Source: Takakia lepidozioides
Lineage: Eukaryota; Plantae; Bryophyta
Assembly (NCBI GenBank): GCA_030704615.1
Contig: CM060734.1
Coordinates: 1,302,001 to 1,366,000, forward strand
Length of the DNA stretch: 64,000 nt
Reading direction: 5' to 3'
Below the pieces are notes generated by a model. It saw only the letters and a program-made list of their open reading frames with translations. It was not told the DNA's origin and made no database searches. How positions within the stretch are numbered: the stretch's first letter is position 1; each line of letters opens with the position of its first letter. Made by a program: the position numbers and the translations under genes. Shown here one piece after another: positions 12,571 through 26,096 of the stretch.

Positions 12571-14570
12571 CTTCTTCAATAGCACAACGGCTACAAGTGG
12601 GTAGATGGTCAACTGAAAACAGCAATGGCAGCAGCACAATTGATAGAACAAGGCCACTGCTAATGAAGGTACCTTCTTCAACATATTTCACCTTGTTTTC
12701 CCCTGCTATCAGAGTCGTCCCTAAATTTTCATGTTGAATTCTACAAGTTAGCTCGTTGGTGGATCTATGGTGGTGTTGGAGTGATTTTGACATGTTACTG
12801 CCAATGTGGTCGACAGGAAAGTATCGAAAAACAGATAATAGAGATGTAGAGAAGCTCTGGAATGAATACGGTTCCGACCCCAGCCAATGGTGGAACAATC
12901 CAGGCAAAAAGGTGAATGCCTGTTGGAAGTAGACGCAAGTCAGCATAGGAACTAGTGTGATAAGTAGGGTTGGGGTGTTTGCTGGAACAATTCTAGAGTG
13001 TTATTGTCAGCTGCTAGCATCAAGGCAAAGATGTATGCATGATTTGTGCAGAGGCATGGATAGCTGAAGGAGCAGGGAGCAGTGTGGGTCCAGATTCATC
13101 CAAGAGGGCCGGATTTCAAGCTCTAGATTGCCTACAATTCCCCGTGGAAGCAGCGCACACCTCGCACACACAAGAGGTCCTCTTGGGTGCATGGTCAGTG
13201 AAATCCTCCATGGGTCATGACACAAGGTCGAGGACAATGTGGTGAGGGCACCTTCTTCTTCGACCTATTTCAGCCTATTTTTCCCTCTCATCAGACCCAG
13301 CCCTGAATTTACATATTGAATGCTGTAAGTTAGCTCGTTGGGTGGTGTGGGGTGGTTTGGAGTGACTTTGACAAGTTATTGCTGATGTGGCAGCAGAAAA
13401 GTACCCAAAAATAGATAACAAGATAAAGAGAAGCTTTGGGATGAACACTTTCCGATCCCAGTCAGTGGGGGACAATGGAGACAAAAAGGTGAGTGCTTGT
13501 TTGACTACAGAGAGAAGCAGTTGCAATTCAGAATTGGAACTACTATTAAGTCCTAGGTTGGGGTGTTTTCTGGAAGAACTTCATGCCGTCACTGTCAGCT
13601 GCTAGCAGCAAGGCTGAGGGATGTATTCATGATCTGTACACGGGCAGGGATAGCTGAGGGACCAGGGATAGAGGTCCAGATTCATGTTCAGGCTCAAGCT
13701 GAGGGATCAATAGCTAAAAGAAATCAGCTGGGGTAGATGGTCAATTGTTGCAAGTGGAAACGGTAGTGGCAGCACAATTGATAGAATGAGGTGCTGCTAA
13801 TGAAGGCACCTTCCTCAACACATTTCAGCCTGTTTTTCCAAATAGGGTTGGGGTGTAAGAACAAATCTAGGCTGTCATCATCAGCTGCTAGCAGCAAGAC
13901 AATGATATATGCATGATTTGTGCAGAGGCATAGATAGTTGAAGGAGCAGGGATAGAGTGTGGGTGCAGATTCACCCAAGAGGGCAGGCATCTTATTCAAC
14001 ACATTTCACCTTGTTTTTCCCTCTAATCAGAATCGGCCCTAAATTTCCATGTTGAATTCTGCAAGTTAGCTGGTTGAATGAATATAGTTTGGAGTGACTT
14101 TGACATGATACTGCCAATGTGACAACAGGAAAATATCAAAAAACAAGTAACAGAGATGAGGAGAAGTTGTGGAATGAATACTATTCTGCCCTAGTCAATG
14201 ATGGGACAACCAAGGCAAAAAGGTGAATGCCTGTTACATTTCATAGATTCAGCATAGGAACTAGTGTGAGAAGCTGAGTTGGATGTTTCCTAGAATAAAT
14301 CTAGGCTGTCATTGTCAGCTACTAGCAGCGAGGCAAGGATGAATGCATGATTTGTGCAGAGGCATATGTAGTTGAAGGCGTTGTTATATTCAATTATTGA
14401 AACCCTTCAAATAAACGACACGCCGTTCATTTTGGGCGACACACATCAGACTTCAAAAAGTACATTGCAGATGAACAGCAAAGAGAGTGTGGGTCCAGAT
14501 TTCAAGCACAAGATTACCTATGATTCCCTATGGATCAATAGCTACAAGAAACCTGCATGGGTAGATGATC
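11340..14570 (+). pseudogene. Repeated copies of an intron-split OSB-type PDF motif
   Basis: Exon A reads EKLWNEY.xDPSQWW(D/N)NRGKK followed by GT (ends ~11590, 12911, 13488, 14223). Exon B reads IHPRGPDFKHKITYDSLWINSYKKPAWVDGQL after CAG (11765, 13093, ~14490; also 8727). Confidence 0.8.
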
Positions 14571-15899
14571 TATTCCGTGGGATTCAATCTGTCACTGAGC
14601 CTTGCATTATGAGGATCACAATTGCTTGGCAGCTTACCTGCATGAGGCCTTGACCCTTAGGCAATCCCCAGAGCAGTAGTAGCTTTGGGCTGCTTTTTTA
14701 CTTTGGTTTTTTCATTTTGTATCATAAGCTCTTTGAGCTTTCCGCAGATGTAATGAAGTACCATTTGTTTCATTTCATTTTATTTTCATTTTGTTTTGTT
14801 TCATGGCATGTCTTTCATTGTTTTCGCATTTCTAATGACATGATTAGTTCTCTTGTATGGCATTACATGCGTATGTACTAGTCGGCTCATTACAAACACC
14901 AAAACTTCAAAGCATGAACCACTATGAGTGATTGTTCAAGTAATTTCGAGCACTTCATTTAAAGTAGTAAAGTAGTGGTTGCACTGACTTCCGCAGTCGC
15001 AATTGCCACTGGGCATGTAGCACTGCAAGTTATGTGGTCAACTACCACGTGGCGCCTCGGGCCCGTGGCCACGTGGCAGCAGTGCTGCTCGCCGTGGCGC
15101 CGCCATGTCGACGTCCACATCGTCGTCCACGTCCGCGTCCACGTCTGCGTCCATGTGTCACCATGCTCCGGCGAGTCAGTCCACTCATCCGGAGGGAAAA
15201 GTCAAAGTCAGCCCAAAAGGTCAGACGCACGGGCGCCCGCCTGGTTACACCACGTGGTTCTTCAGCATTAATCGCAATAATCGCTGAGCAGTTGTTCGCG
15301 CGTCTATGTCCTTTACCACTCCAATCATTGGATGTCCGACCCAACTTCCACGTCTGTTGTAACTAGTCGTTTGTAACTTCCAGTCGATCCCGGTTTTTTT
15401 ATTTTTACGACTCAAAATGAGTCGTTACCCCAGTGGTAAATGACACGAATGCTTCTAGTGAAGAGTGAGGGAGGTTTGTGAGATGGATTCATACATATTG
15501 CAATTTAAATGGTAGTTGATTCTTTAATTATTTTTCTTTTCAAAGGAACAACTACGGTGGAGGAAGGGGATTCAACGTTTTCCAAAGAGGATGAAACAGA
15601 ATATTAAAAGAACGTAGTTCAGTCTGAGTCAGAGTCAGTACAATGTATCCCCGCTTCCTCTGCATCTAAGTCTAAGTATTTAAGAACTCCGGATCTACGC
15701 TGGCTACACCTACGGCTGGGCAGTAAAAATTCAGGGGATAGGGACTCGGCCTCGTGAAGTGCCATTGCTTCGGCATAATCAGGAAGCAGAAAATTGGAAA
15801 GGGGGCTGTCGAAAACAGACTCGCCACAAATGACTGTATCTCCTGAAGATCCACCGCTGCCTTTCCTGAAAGACAGCCTGAAAAAATTATTACTGTAAC

Positions 15900-16383
15900 T
15901 TTGATGTTATTGAGAAATTGAGTATGACTCCCAAAGTGGGTTTAGCACTTACTCACATGAAAAGTCGTTGTCGACCTGCTTATCTTCGGGATCGTCATCA
16001 TTTCGAATTTGAATCCGATCAGTCTGTGTGCCTGAAGTGGAGCCAGACAAAAGGGGGAGGAGCACTGTGTTGGAAGCACCACGGAAGTACCCGATCCAGG
16101 ATATGGTCGAGTATTCACAATCATCACTTCCACATCTGCTGTTCATGACAGGACCTACGACATTACGGTTTCCAATTTCCCCAATTGCATATGTTCTGAT
16201 TTTGTGAATATGCTATCAACCAGTTTGGGCAAGAGAGGTAAATTCATACCCTTGAAACATTTGTATTTCATATTTTTGAAGAGGATGGTTTGCGATCCCA
16301 AACGTGACAACTTCATTCACCAGGCCACTATGAGTTTCAACGAGGTCGATACTCTATTGCAGCGGGATACAACACATGGGTAG
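15900..16383 (+). mobile_element. SWIM zinc-finger C-terminus of a DNA-transposon ORF (degenerate)
   Basis: TYDITVSNFPNCICSDFVNMLSTSLGKRGKFIPLKHLYFIF..FIHQATMSFNEV follows the CxC..(C)xH SWIM pattern with the third Cys replaced. Confidence 0.65.
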
Positions 16384-17859
16384 CATCAACTATGCAATGT
16401 GGTATGTGGACGACCATGATTTGAAATGTGTAATTCACATCAATTCGTCGGCGGTGCAATGATATGGCCTCCAACTATACTGAGTGAGCTCTGAGTGGCA
16501 ACTTTTAAAAGCACATTTTGTCATTGCACCGTTCGAAGTCTACATGTCTTGCTGTCGCTATGCACTACAATCATCTTTTGAAGATGATCCTAACTCTCAT
16601 TGTTATTTGAGGAGGGAGGAAGGTCTTCCCATGGCATCCTCTATGGCGCACACTTTGTGAGGATATTTTCTCGTCCTCGTAATTGTAAAAGTGAAACAAA
16701 CATTTGTAATTGCACAATGTTGGATGCTACAATTGTAGGCCTCATGGTAGTCTTGATTCTCTTTAGGCAAGATTCCCTGCATTAATTCCACGGTCATAGG
16801 ACCATCCTCGGTTATAGGCGGCGCATGTTAATGCTGACGTGGTAGATGACGGACAGTGCCACGTCATCATTTGCCGCCACATCAGCATGCTGACATGACG
16901 CTCACGCCATGTCAGCTGGCGTGAGCATACGCTCACGCCACGTCACTCTTGCGTGAGCGTACGCTCGCGCGCTCACGCCATTGCGTCGTTGTAGTCCTGC
17001 TGCTACCAAGTCACCAGTTGTTCGTGTTCCAAAAGCCATCCGGAGTGGTGGCTTGGCCAAGAAGGCTCTGTTTGAGGGCAAGCCTACACGCCAATATTCG
17101 ATGGTGACGTTTCTAGATAGGCCCAAGTTGGGAGCCGGAACACTCATTCAATGTGTCAACGACAGCTTCCTTGACGCCCTGACTGCCAGGGCGAAGAAGA
17201 TGACACATAGTAAGTCTCTAGAGGAGCTGAAAGGGAAAGCAAAGAGAAAGGTTGCTACTGAAGAGCCTAAAGACACCCCTGGTTTCGAAACCATGATGGA
17301 ATTCTTCACGGCTTGTAGCACGGATGTGACGAGCACTCGAGGGGGAGTTCAGGTGGAGAGAGCCTGCGATATGATTCTCCTGGATATTCCTGTGGGGAGT
17401 TGTTGGATGGCCTTGAGGGTGGAATCAGTTCAGTGAGGACTACTGGAAAGTTGGATTTGGGCTGGCGAGGATGTTCCTCGATGATGCTGGGTGTATGGTT
17501 GTCCTAGCCACAAGAAGGAAGAGTACAGAGACAGCTCTCGCAAGGTGGACTCCGAAGAGTACCACCCCTGGACCCTCCTCAAAAAATGGTTATGCATCAA
17601 TACGCAGGGGTTGCGAACGGAGGGCAAGAGTGTAAGTTATCATTGTGTTGCGTCAACTTCATGTTGTGGTGACTCGTACGTAGTTTGTGCTTTGGAATTG
17701 ATCCCTCATTTTCTTTCATGTGTAGACTTTGGTGTTTGATTCATGTTGTTTCATGAAGTCTGGCTCCACATCGCCGTGACGGTCATATTGTCAATGCCGC
17801 TGTGGACCCTCTTACATACGATGTCATGTACAACCATGTGGCCAAGGATAGTATGCCCC

Positions 17860-18200
17860 ATGACTTTTAAAACAAAAATAGAGCGACCGCCATTATTGGC
17901 GGTCGCTTTTGTTTTTTGTTTTTTTTTAAATAGAGCAACGGCCATTACTGGCGGTCGCTTGTATATTTTTAATTTATGAAAATGCTGCGATCGCCAGTAA
18001 TGGCGGTCGCTTTTATTTTTCATTTTTTTAAATAGAGCGACCGCCATTACTGGTGGTCGCTTGTATATTTTTAATTTCTGAAAATGCTGCGACTGCCAGT
18101 AATGGCGGTCGCTTTTATTGTTTAATTTTTTAAATAAAGCGACCGCCATTACTAGCGGTCACTTTTTTGTTGTTTTTTATAATTGTAGCGACCGCTTCTA
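17860..18200. repeat. Array of palindromic AGCGACCGCC-N(4-8)-GGCGGTCGCT units between A/T tracts
   Basis: About six units are directly visible. The layout resembles transposon subterminal repeats. Confidence 0.8.
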
Positions 18201-19924
18201 GAAGGTGTGTCTGGACCGAGGAATGAGGGGGGGGGGGGAGGGCAGATAAGCCAAGGGAGGCTCATCCTCCCCTCACTTCCTCTCCACACAACTTATGTGT
18301 GCGTGACATGTAACTATTCCACGACACGTGGACAAGGAGGCCATTGGCTGGGGGGGATATTTTTGCCGCGATTTCTGTGAAGTCGTTGCAAAATGCTTCT
18401 ATAGCCCCTCCTCTGGCTTCCGGGAACATTTCATTCTACAAAATTAACTTTTAATAATTATTATGACACTTATTCTGTTTAACTTTCCGTTACTTATTAG
18501 TAAACGTTGTTTAGGGTTGCTCCGATTGTTACAAAATGGCAGAGGGCCAGGACGATGAGCGTCATGGAAGAGATGACCCCTATGAACATGGACCGCCCCC
18601 TAAGAAAATCAAATGGTCAAGGCATGACTTGAATTGGGAAGTATATGATGACCCTAGCATACTAGCATAAGAGGGACGTGAGGATTTTCCGGAAGAGTTC
18701 AGGTGGCCGAGCACAAGATGCAAAAAATTCGTGAAATGGTATCATATCAATCGATTGTGGCCTAGACCTAGGCATGTGGTGCAAACCAGAAACAATTGCG
18801 CGGGACTCCAGGTCTTGCATGAACTTGCATTTCCAGCATAGGGCAACTGGGGTGCATTGCACGTTGCGGGGTGAACCACTCTTAAAGGGCTAAATCCCAT
18901 ACACCTTGACAACCATTTTGTACGTGGAGGTGATACTGTTGCGTCCAGTGAATTAGCAAACTGCTAGTAGGAGGAACGCAACGATGCAATACCATTTCGT
19001 CGACATCCCAGACACGTTTGGAACACCCCCAGCTACGATACTGGACGTGCGCGAGGCACCGGTGCAACAAGTATCTGGAACGTTAGAGGATGAACTGGTG
19101 AAAACAAAACAGCGAGTCCGAACCCTACAAGACCTTGTGGAATGGCAAAGACTGCACATAGTCGAGTTGGAGGGTACATTGCAAAACACACCTCGAAACA
19201 ATGAATGCACTGTCCACAATGACGTTCGAACGAACGACGTGGACATGTGCGCGGAGTTTACAATGCTAGATCGCAGTATTGACCGCATCATTGCCGGAAT
19301 TACGGACGTCCTTGACCCTCGCCACGTCGTGAGATTCTGCAAGAAATTCAACTTTCGCCGCAAAGTAAGCGGATTCTGGTCAGAATTAATCACATGTCAT
19401 TGGGCCCCTCATTGACCACGAGATCACGGTCCCAGGCTCTCCGTATTGACAGTGCAAATCAAGCCACAACCACATCCCTTGTCCCCGGACAGTAACGACG
19501 AGGATTCGATTGAGTAGTAACGTAGTACATAGACAATGTGGATTTTTGTTGTACCTTGAATTTCTGTAACACACTGATAGCACTCCGCCAATTTTGTATA
19601 TGCACCAATTTTGTTAATACACATGTGCGGCACCTGCAAATTTCAATTGCATGAGCACCGTAACGCGTTTTCTTCCGGTTTTGCACTCATGTGATGGGGA
19701 AGAAGTGGTTCACCCTCAAATTTACAATGGTGTAATATTTGGTCATGACGTGTATGTGGGTATCTGCAATGAACTCCGAAAGATGGGCAACAAGGAAAAT
19801 GGATGTTAACCAATAAGTTATAACGAGTTACGAATGCTCGTCTTCCTGACAAATTTTGCTTAGTCTCGTATTTTATAATCATGTCGAGAATTCAATCTAC
19901 GTATGAAGAACATACCCACAAAGT

Positions 19925-21052
19925 TAACGAAATTTTGATTGATCTCATATTACTCTGGGACCTGTCAGATGGTACATTGGACATACTGGCCAAGTCTCGA
20001 AGCGAACGAAAATCATTTGGATGGGCAATCATCCGTTGGCCCATTGGACGAATTTCGTTTCATCTCATATTACTCTGGGACCTCTTAGATGGTACATTGA
20101 CCACACTGGCAAAGTCTGAAAGCGAACCAAATCGTTCGGATGGGCAACCATCCGTTCAGCAATCGAATGAATTTTGATTGATCTCATATTAGTCCGGGAC
20201 CTGTGAGAGGGTGTACCAAACGTACTGACAAAGTTTGAAAGCAAAATTGTTACGTAGCAGAAACCCCCAATCAAAGACAGTGTAAACCTATTTATTTGTT
20301 TGAAATTTATTTAAACTCAATTTAATTGCAAATTGGTGGAAGGGCGAGGGCGTGGTTGGGGAGGCAAATGTTTGTTGCTTCGCTTGTTTCTCCGCACATG
20401 TGTTGCACACATATTCAAGCACATGCGGGCAAAAGATGGGCCTCAACCTCATCCGTTCAATGGGTGTATTGGCCGTTCACCCATGACAAGATTTCTTTTT
20501 CGCAATGAACAAAATAGGATATTGGCCCATTGAACGAATTTCGATTGATCTTATATTACTCTGGGTCTTGTCAGATGGTACATTGGACATACTCGCCAAG
20601 TCTCGAAACGAACGAAATCATTTGGATATGCAACCATCCATTGGCCCATTGGACGAATTTCGTTTCATCTCATATTACTCTGACCTCTTAGATGGTACAT
20701 TGAGCACACTGGCAAAGTCTGAAAGCGAACCAAAATTGTTCGGATGGGCAACCATCCGTTCAGCCATTGAATGAATTTCGATTGATCTTATATTAGTTCA
20801 AGATCTGTGAGAGGGTGTACCAAACGTACTGGCAAAGTTTGAAAACAAACAAAAATGATTTGGATGGGCAACCATCCGTTCAACCGTTGGATGAATTCCG
20901 TTTGATGTGCTATTACTCTGGGACCTGTTGGACGGCATTTCGGATGTACATGATTTTTTTTTTCATTCCGTTTCTTAGCCATATGTCTAATGACGGCATA
21001 TGCAACGTGCGTGCCAAATTTCATAGCGAACAAAAATCATTAAGACCCAAAA
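19925..21052. repeat. ~119-bp tandem repeat array with higher-order blocks (left part)
   Basis: Unit GAATTTCGTTTCATCTCATATTACTCTGGGACCTGT..GATGGGCAACCATCCGTTGGCCCATTG repeated. Confidence 0.85.
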
Positions 21053-21777
21053 TGTCACGGCCCTTTGCCTTGAGGGCAGGGGGTCGGGTCGCAGAGGGGC
21101 TGCCCCTGTGGTGGGGGCGGTGGCAGCAATAGGTACGGGGGGCTGAAGCAACCTCAAGTGCCCAAAGCACTCGAGGAGGCGGAGGCACTCACTAGGTGAA
21201 GCCCCGCACACCGGGTTGCGGTGGGGGTGGCTCCACAAGGGGTGGTGGTAGCTTAGTGGGACTTAGTGGGGGTGGCATAGGACTCACCATGGGGGCGGAG
21301 ACCTTGTGGTGGGAGTCGTGGGGAGTCTTGGGACTCATCACGGTCCAAGGGGACCGTGGTGGGTGGGTCAAGACTCACCGCGACTCATCACCGGGAATCG
21401 AGGGTTTTCGTGGTGGTTCGCCATAAAATGGTGGTGTTGTTTGTGAAACCCCCGCGGACAGTCACAGAAGTATATATAGGGAGTAGTAACCCCGAGAACG
21501 GTGCAAGCCCGTTGGTGTCCAAAAACTAGTGAGTAAGCGTGCGAGCCGGAAAGCGACCAAGGTGTGGGGAGCTATTCCGGTCTGCCATCGACCAAAGGGA
21601 ATTTCCACTAGGCCCAAATTGGGAGAGGGTCTAGTGGAGGAGTAAAGGGGGACTGTTATGCCCCGGTGAGCAGCCGAAGCTCCGAGTTGGCCCGGTGGCT
21701 AGTTTGGGAGTTAGGTACGCGCATCAAGCGAGTAACTATGACTTGAAGGGGAGCTTACCGAAGTGAGGTGTGCGACA
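21053..21777 (+). repeat. 5' LTR (725 bp)
   Basis: TGTCACGG..TGCGACA. About 18 substitutions versus the 3' LTR by eye. Confidence 0.95.
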
Positions 21778-21832
21778 CTTGGTATCAAAGCTTAGAGTTC
21801 AGTACACGATCATCCTTGGAATCGGCCTCATC

Positions 21833-24800
21833 ATGGGGTCGGGCAAGCGAAAGCGAAAGCGGAACGGCCCGAAAGATGATGATCCTGGTGAGCCCGATGG
21901 GGGCGACGTGTCACCGAAGCGGCCATTTGAGGAAGCGATGCATGCCTTTGGAAGCGAGGCCGCTCAAGGACGGGAGGAATCTGAGGAGTCGGAGCCCGAT
22001 GAATCCCTGAGAGCTCCGACAGACCAACAGATGCCTCCCATGCCAACAGCCTTTTGGGAAGGGTTGTTGGCGCAGTTTGGTGGGACGTTGAAAGACGTGT
22101 TGAAGGCGGCTAATGCCACTTCCACTAAGGCAAAGTTTAAGGTGAAGCCTAAGGAACCCGACACCTTCGAGGGCGTCCAAAATCGGAAGGCACTCAACAC
22201 CTGGCTCTTGGAGCTAGAGCAGTACTTCCGGGCGGCCAAGTTGGATGACGAGGATCGGGTGGAAGTGGCTCCCACCTATTTGAGGGGCTATGCTCAACAA
22301 TGGTGGCAGAAACGCCTTCACGACCGAGGTCCAAACCCGGAGACCTTGAACTGGAGTGGGTTCAAGAAACTCATGAAGAGACAGTTTGTGCCCCTCAACG
22401 CGTCCTGGCTCGCCCGAGACAAGATGAGGAATTTGAAGCAAACGGATGATATTCGGGGATATGTTCAGGCTTTCAATGTGCTGTTGCTCGAAGTCGCGGA
22501 CATGGCAGAACCAGAAATGGTCTTCAACTTTGTGGTGGGACTAGCCCCATGGGCCAGACGGAAGTTGGAGGAGAAGCCACCTAAGACTTTGAACGAGGCA
22601 ATTGAAAGGGCTGAATGTTTCTCGGATGTTCCTAGGGGCGAAAGACAAGGCCGTACGGAGCTGAACCACAAGAAGGTCCGGCGGGAAGGTGACTCCTTCC
22701 GACCGGAAAAGAAGTGGGATAGGCCACGCGGCGACAATGGCGCATGGAAATCGAAGGGAGGGCCCTCACACGTCAAGACAACATCCGGTGCCCCGAAAAG
22801 AAAATCAGGTGCGGCGGCTTATGGCGGACAGAAGGCGACCTTCGATGGAGAGTGCTTTAATTGCGGGGAGCTCGGGCACATGGCCAAGAAGTGTACGAAT
22901 CCCCGACAATTGAACATGACTCGGGCAACCACGGAGTTATCCGAAGCCTCCATCAGCCGCTTGGTGGAGATGGTGGTCGCCAAGACTTGCAAGGTAGGCA
23001 ACTATTCTTGTGAGTTGTATCAGGAAACTGACGCCTTGCGTAAAGGGAGTCAGTTAATGTTTGTGACTGGGATAATTTCCGGAACTAACGTATCGTTGTT
23101 AGTGGACACAGGAGCGTCGCACTCCTTCATGACATCGACAACGGCATGGAAGCTGGGACTCCCGACAAGTGATGTGGGGGCCTCGATTGAGGTGCGTTCT
23201 GCTAAAGGAGAACCACAATTGGCGACGAGGTTGGCGTTCGATGTTCCTCTTCAGTTCGGGAGTTGGGAGGGACGTGAGAACTTCACCATTTGCGAGATCG
23301 ATGGAGTGGATCTCATTTTGGGGATGACCTTTTTGAGCAGATCCGGAGCGGTCATAGATGGCCGCAAAAGAGTAGTCACGTTACCGTGTGGGAATGGTGG
23401 CGAAGTTTTACGAGTGTCGGAAACGCCCAACCCCGTGGGAGGGCGAATAAACCTTCTGTCAGCAAGGGAGTGGGCCGTGGTGGAGCCACACGAGCCCCAG
23501 TTTTTGCTTTACGTAAGACAAGTGAAGGAAAAAGGCGATGGGGAGCCGAGCCCAGATTGGATCAAGGGGATTTTGGAGAAATATCAGGATGTGATGCCGG
23601 AGGATTTACCAAGCGGCTTGCCACCGCGAAGAGGAGTTGACCACAAAATTGAGGTGATACCGCGATCGGAGCCGCCTGCCAAGGCACCCTACCGGTTGAG
23701 CCACAGAGAGTTGGTCGAGTTGAAGACTCAGCTCAAGGATCTAATGTCAAAGGGGTACATCCGGCCGAGTAAGTCACCTTACGGAGCCCCGATGCTATTC
23801 GCAGACAAGAAGGATGGGACGCTGCGGATGTGTGTTGATTACAGGGCTCTGAATAAGGTGACTATAAAAAACCGATACCCTTTGCCAAGGATCGATGATC
23901 TCTTCGATCGGTTGGCAGGAGCGAAGTATTTCAGCCGGATCGATTTGCGCTCCGGATATCATCAAATTCGAGTGGCGGAAGGAGATGAGGAAAAGACCGC
24001 GTGCAGGACAAGGTATGGTTCCTATGAGTTCTTGGTGATGCCCTTTGGGCTCACCAACGCACCCGCAACCTTTAGCACGCTAATGAACAGCCTTTTCCAA
24101 GAGTGGTTGGATGACTTTGTGATCGTGTACATCGACGACATCTTGGTGTACTCGAAAACAAAGGAAGAGCACTTGGAGCACCTAAAAAGGGTGTTCCAGA
24201 AATTACGGGAAGGGAAGCTATATGCCAAAGCTTCAAAGTGCGAATTTGGGGTCACAAAAGTGGAGTTCTTGGGGCATATGATTACACAGGATGAGATCAA
24301 AATGGATGACAGAAATATGAGAGCAATCTTGGACTGGGAGCCTCCGACTTCAATCCCAGGAGTGCGATCCTTCTTAGGACTCGCCTCCTATTACCGAAAG
24401 TATGTGAGAAATTTCGCCAAGATTGCGGGGCCACTGTCAGACCTCCTGTGTAAATCCAAAGTCTGGGTATGGAACACCTTTTGTGGCCAAGCTTTTGCCG
24501 AGTTGAAGCAGCGGATGGCGGAAGCTCCAGTCCTGAAAATCCCGGAGTTCGACCGCCCATTTGAGATTCATACGGATGCGTCGGACTTCGCGATTGGAGG
24601 TGTACTCATGCAGGAGGGACATCCAGTGGCTTACGAAAGTAAGAAACTGAATGAAGTGGAGCGGCGGTGGCCAACGCATGAGAAAGAAATGAAGGCGGTG
24701 GTGCATTGCCTTGAGCTTTGGCGCCACTATATTGGCTCCAACCCGGTGAAGATGTTCACGGACAATGTCACGGTGAAGTATTTTGCCACGTAGCCTAAGT

Positions 24801-25625
24801 TGTCCCCAAAACAAATTAGGTGGCAAGACACTTTGGCACTCTTCGCCGTGGATATCCAGTACAAACCGGGACGGGACAATGTGCTAGCTGATGCTTTAAG
24901 TAGAAAGCAACAGCTCATGATGATGTACAGGGGCGAGACGGCGCTCCAAAGGAAGATTCGGAAGGCTTACCGGAAGGATGAGATGACGAAGTCCGTGACG
25001 CGGGACTTGAGGATGGGGGTTAAATCGCAGTTCCACTTGCAAAATGGAGTGCTCTGGTATAAGCAAAAACGTCTCTATGTGCCGATGGGAGGGATCAGAG
25101 ATAGTCTCTTGAGAGAATGCCATGATGGCCCGCTTGTGGGCCACGGCAGAGCCAAGCGCACCGCGGCACTCCTGAAGAAAGAGTATTTATGGCCCAAACT
25201 GTGGGAGGAGGCCGAGGAGTATGTCAAGACATGCACCACATGCCAACAAAACCGGAGCAAGTACAAAAAGCAAGCGGGGCTGTTACAACCCTTGCCGATT
25301 CCAGAGGGGTCTTGGGAAAGTGTCTCGATGGACTTCATGACTGCTATGCCGCTGTCAAAAAGATTCGACGCAATCATGGTGGTGGTGGATAGGTTCAGTA
25401 AAATGGGTCATTTCATCCCCACCAAGGAGACGACAACGGCGCAGGAGACGGGGCGACTTTACTTCGCCCACGTCTTCAAGCATCATGGACTCCCGAAGGA
25501 TATTGTCTCGGACCGTGATCCAAAGTTTACTAGTAAATTTTGGAGGGTACTTTGGAAGAAAATGGGGACGAGGCTCAAAATGAGCACTGCCTTTCGACCT
25601 ACGACGGACGGCCAAACGGAAAGGC
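21833..25625 (+). pseudogene. gag-pol polyprotein with a nonsense codon and a truncated integrase
   Basis: [14 protein letters not shown] knuckle, [10 protein letters not shown] protease, [17 protein letters not shown] RNase H, H..H..CTTC and DDE integrase. TAG at 24791-24793. Integrase homology ends after TDGQTER. Confidence 0.93.
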
Positions 25626-26096
25626 GTCGTAGTGCGGCTTCGGCGTGTACCCGTACCTCAGGCCAGCATTCCAAAGCGGACCCAATTGTAGTGATTGAGG
25701 CGCACGGTTGGTTCGAGGTTATCTTCCTAGTCAAAAAAGGGTTCAAGGCGAACCCTTGCTCAAGGTGATGCCAAAAGCGACATCACGAGCGGTCGCTAGC
25801 AAATGTTGTTGCAGTAAGGCGATTCGATCCTCGGGGAGGATCGATCCTTGGCCCTGAAGTGGGTCAAGAAGAGTGCACTGGGAGGAGCTTGAGAAGCTCC
25901 ACCCTTGGCCGGGACTTGGAGGAAGTCGGCCGAACTAGCTAGTGGAGAGAAGAATCAAGTGGTGGTTTGGTCCTTAGCCATGGGACGCCATGGTGTGGAA
26001 ACAAACTCGTTGATGTGGGACGCCACAACTTGGATGTTCGTTTCTACAAAATAGACAAGTCAATGAGGACATCGACTCCCTGTTGGTAGGGGTGTG

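Larger units (their letters stand above)
8023..15460. mobile_element. Non-autonomous CACTA (En/Spm) element A carrying PDF-PPR cargo (Pack-CACTA)
   Basis: 19-bp TIR CACTAGAAGCATTCGTGTC (8023-8041) and GACACGAATGCTTCTAGTG (15442-15460). 3-bp TSD AAG on both sides. No transposase seen. Confidence 0.92.

Noticed and set aside
14975-15366. Overlapping GC-rich Arg/His-rich ORFs
   Set aside because: Low-complexity CACGTC/CACGTG subterminal repeats of CACTA-A explain them.
18537-19415. Possible host gene (143-aa coiled-coil ORF)
   Set aside because: The upstream frame has stops, there is no recognisable domain, and it sits between transposon-type repeats. Probably a decayed accessory ORF.
24791-24793. 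TAG in pol as programmed read-through or an editing site
   Set aside because: It lies inside RNase H at a probable CAG codon. A simple C-to-T mutation is more parsimonious, as with TAG at 30732 in the second copy.
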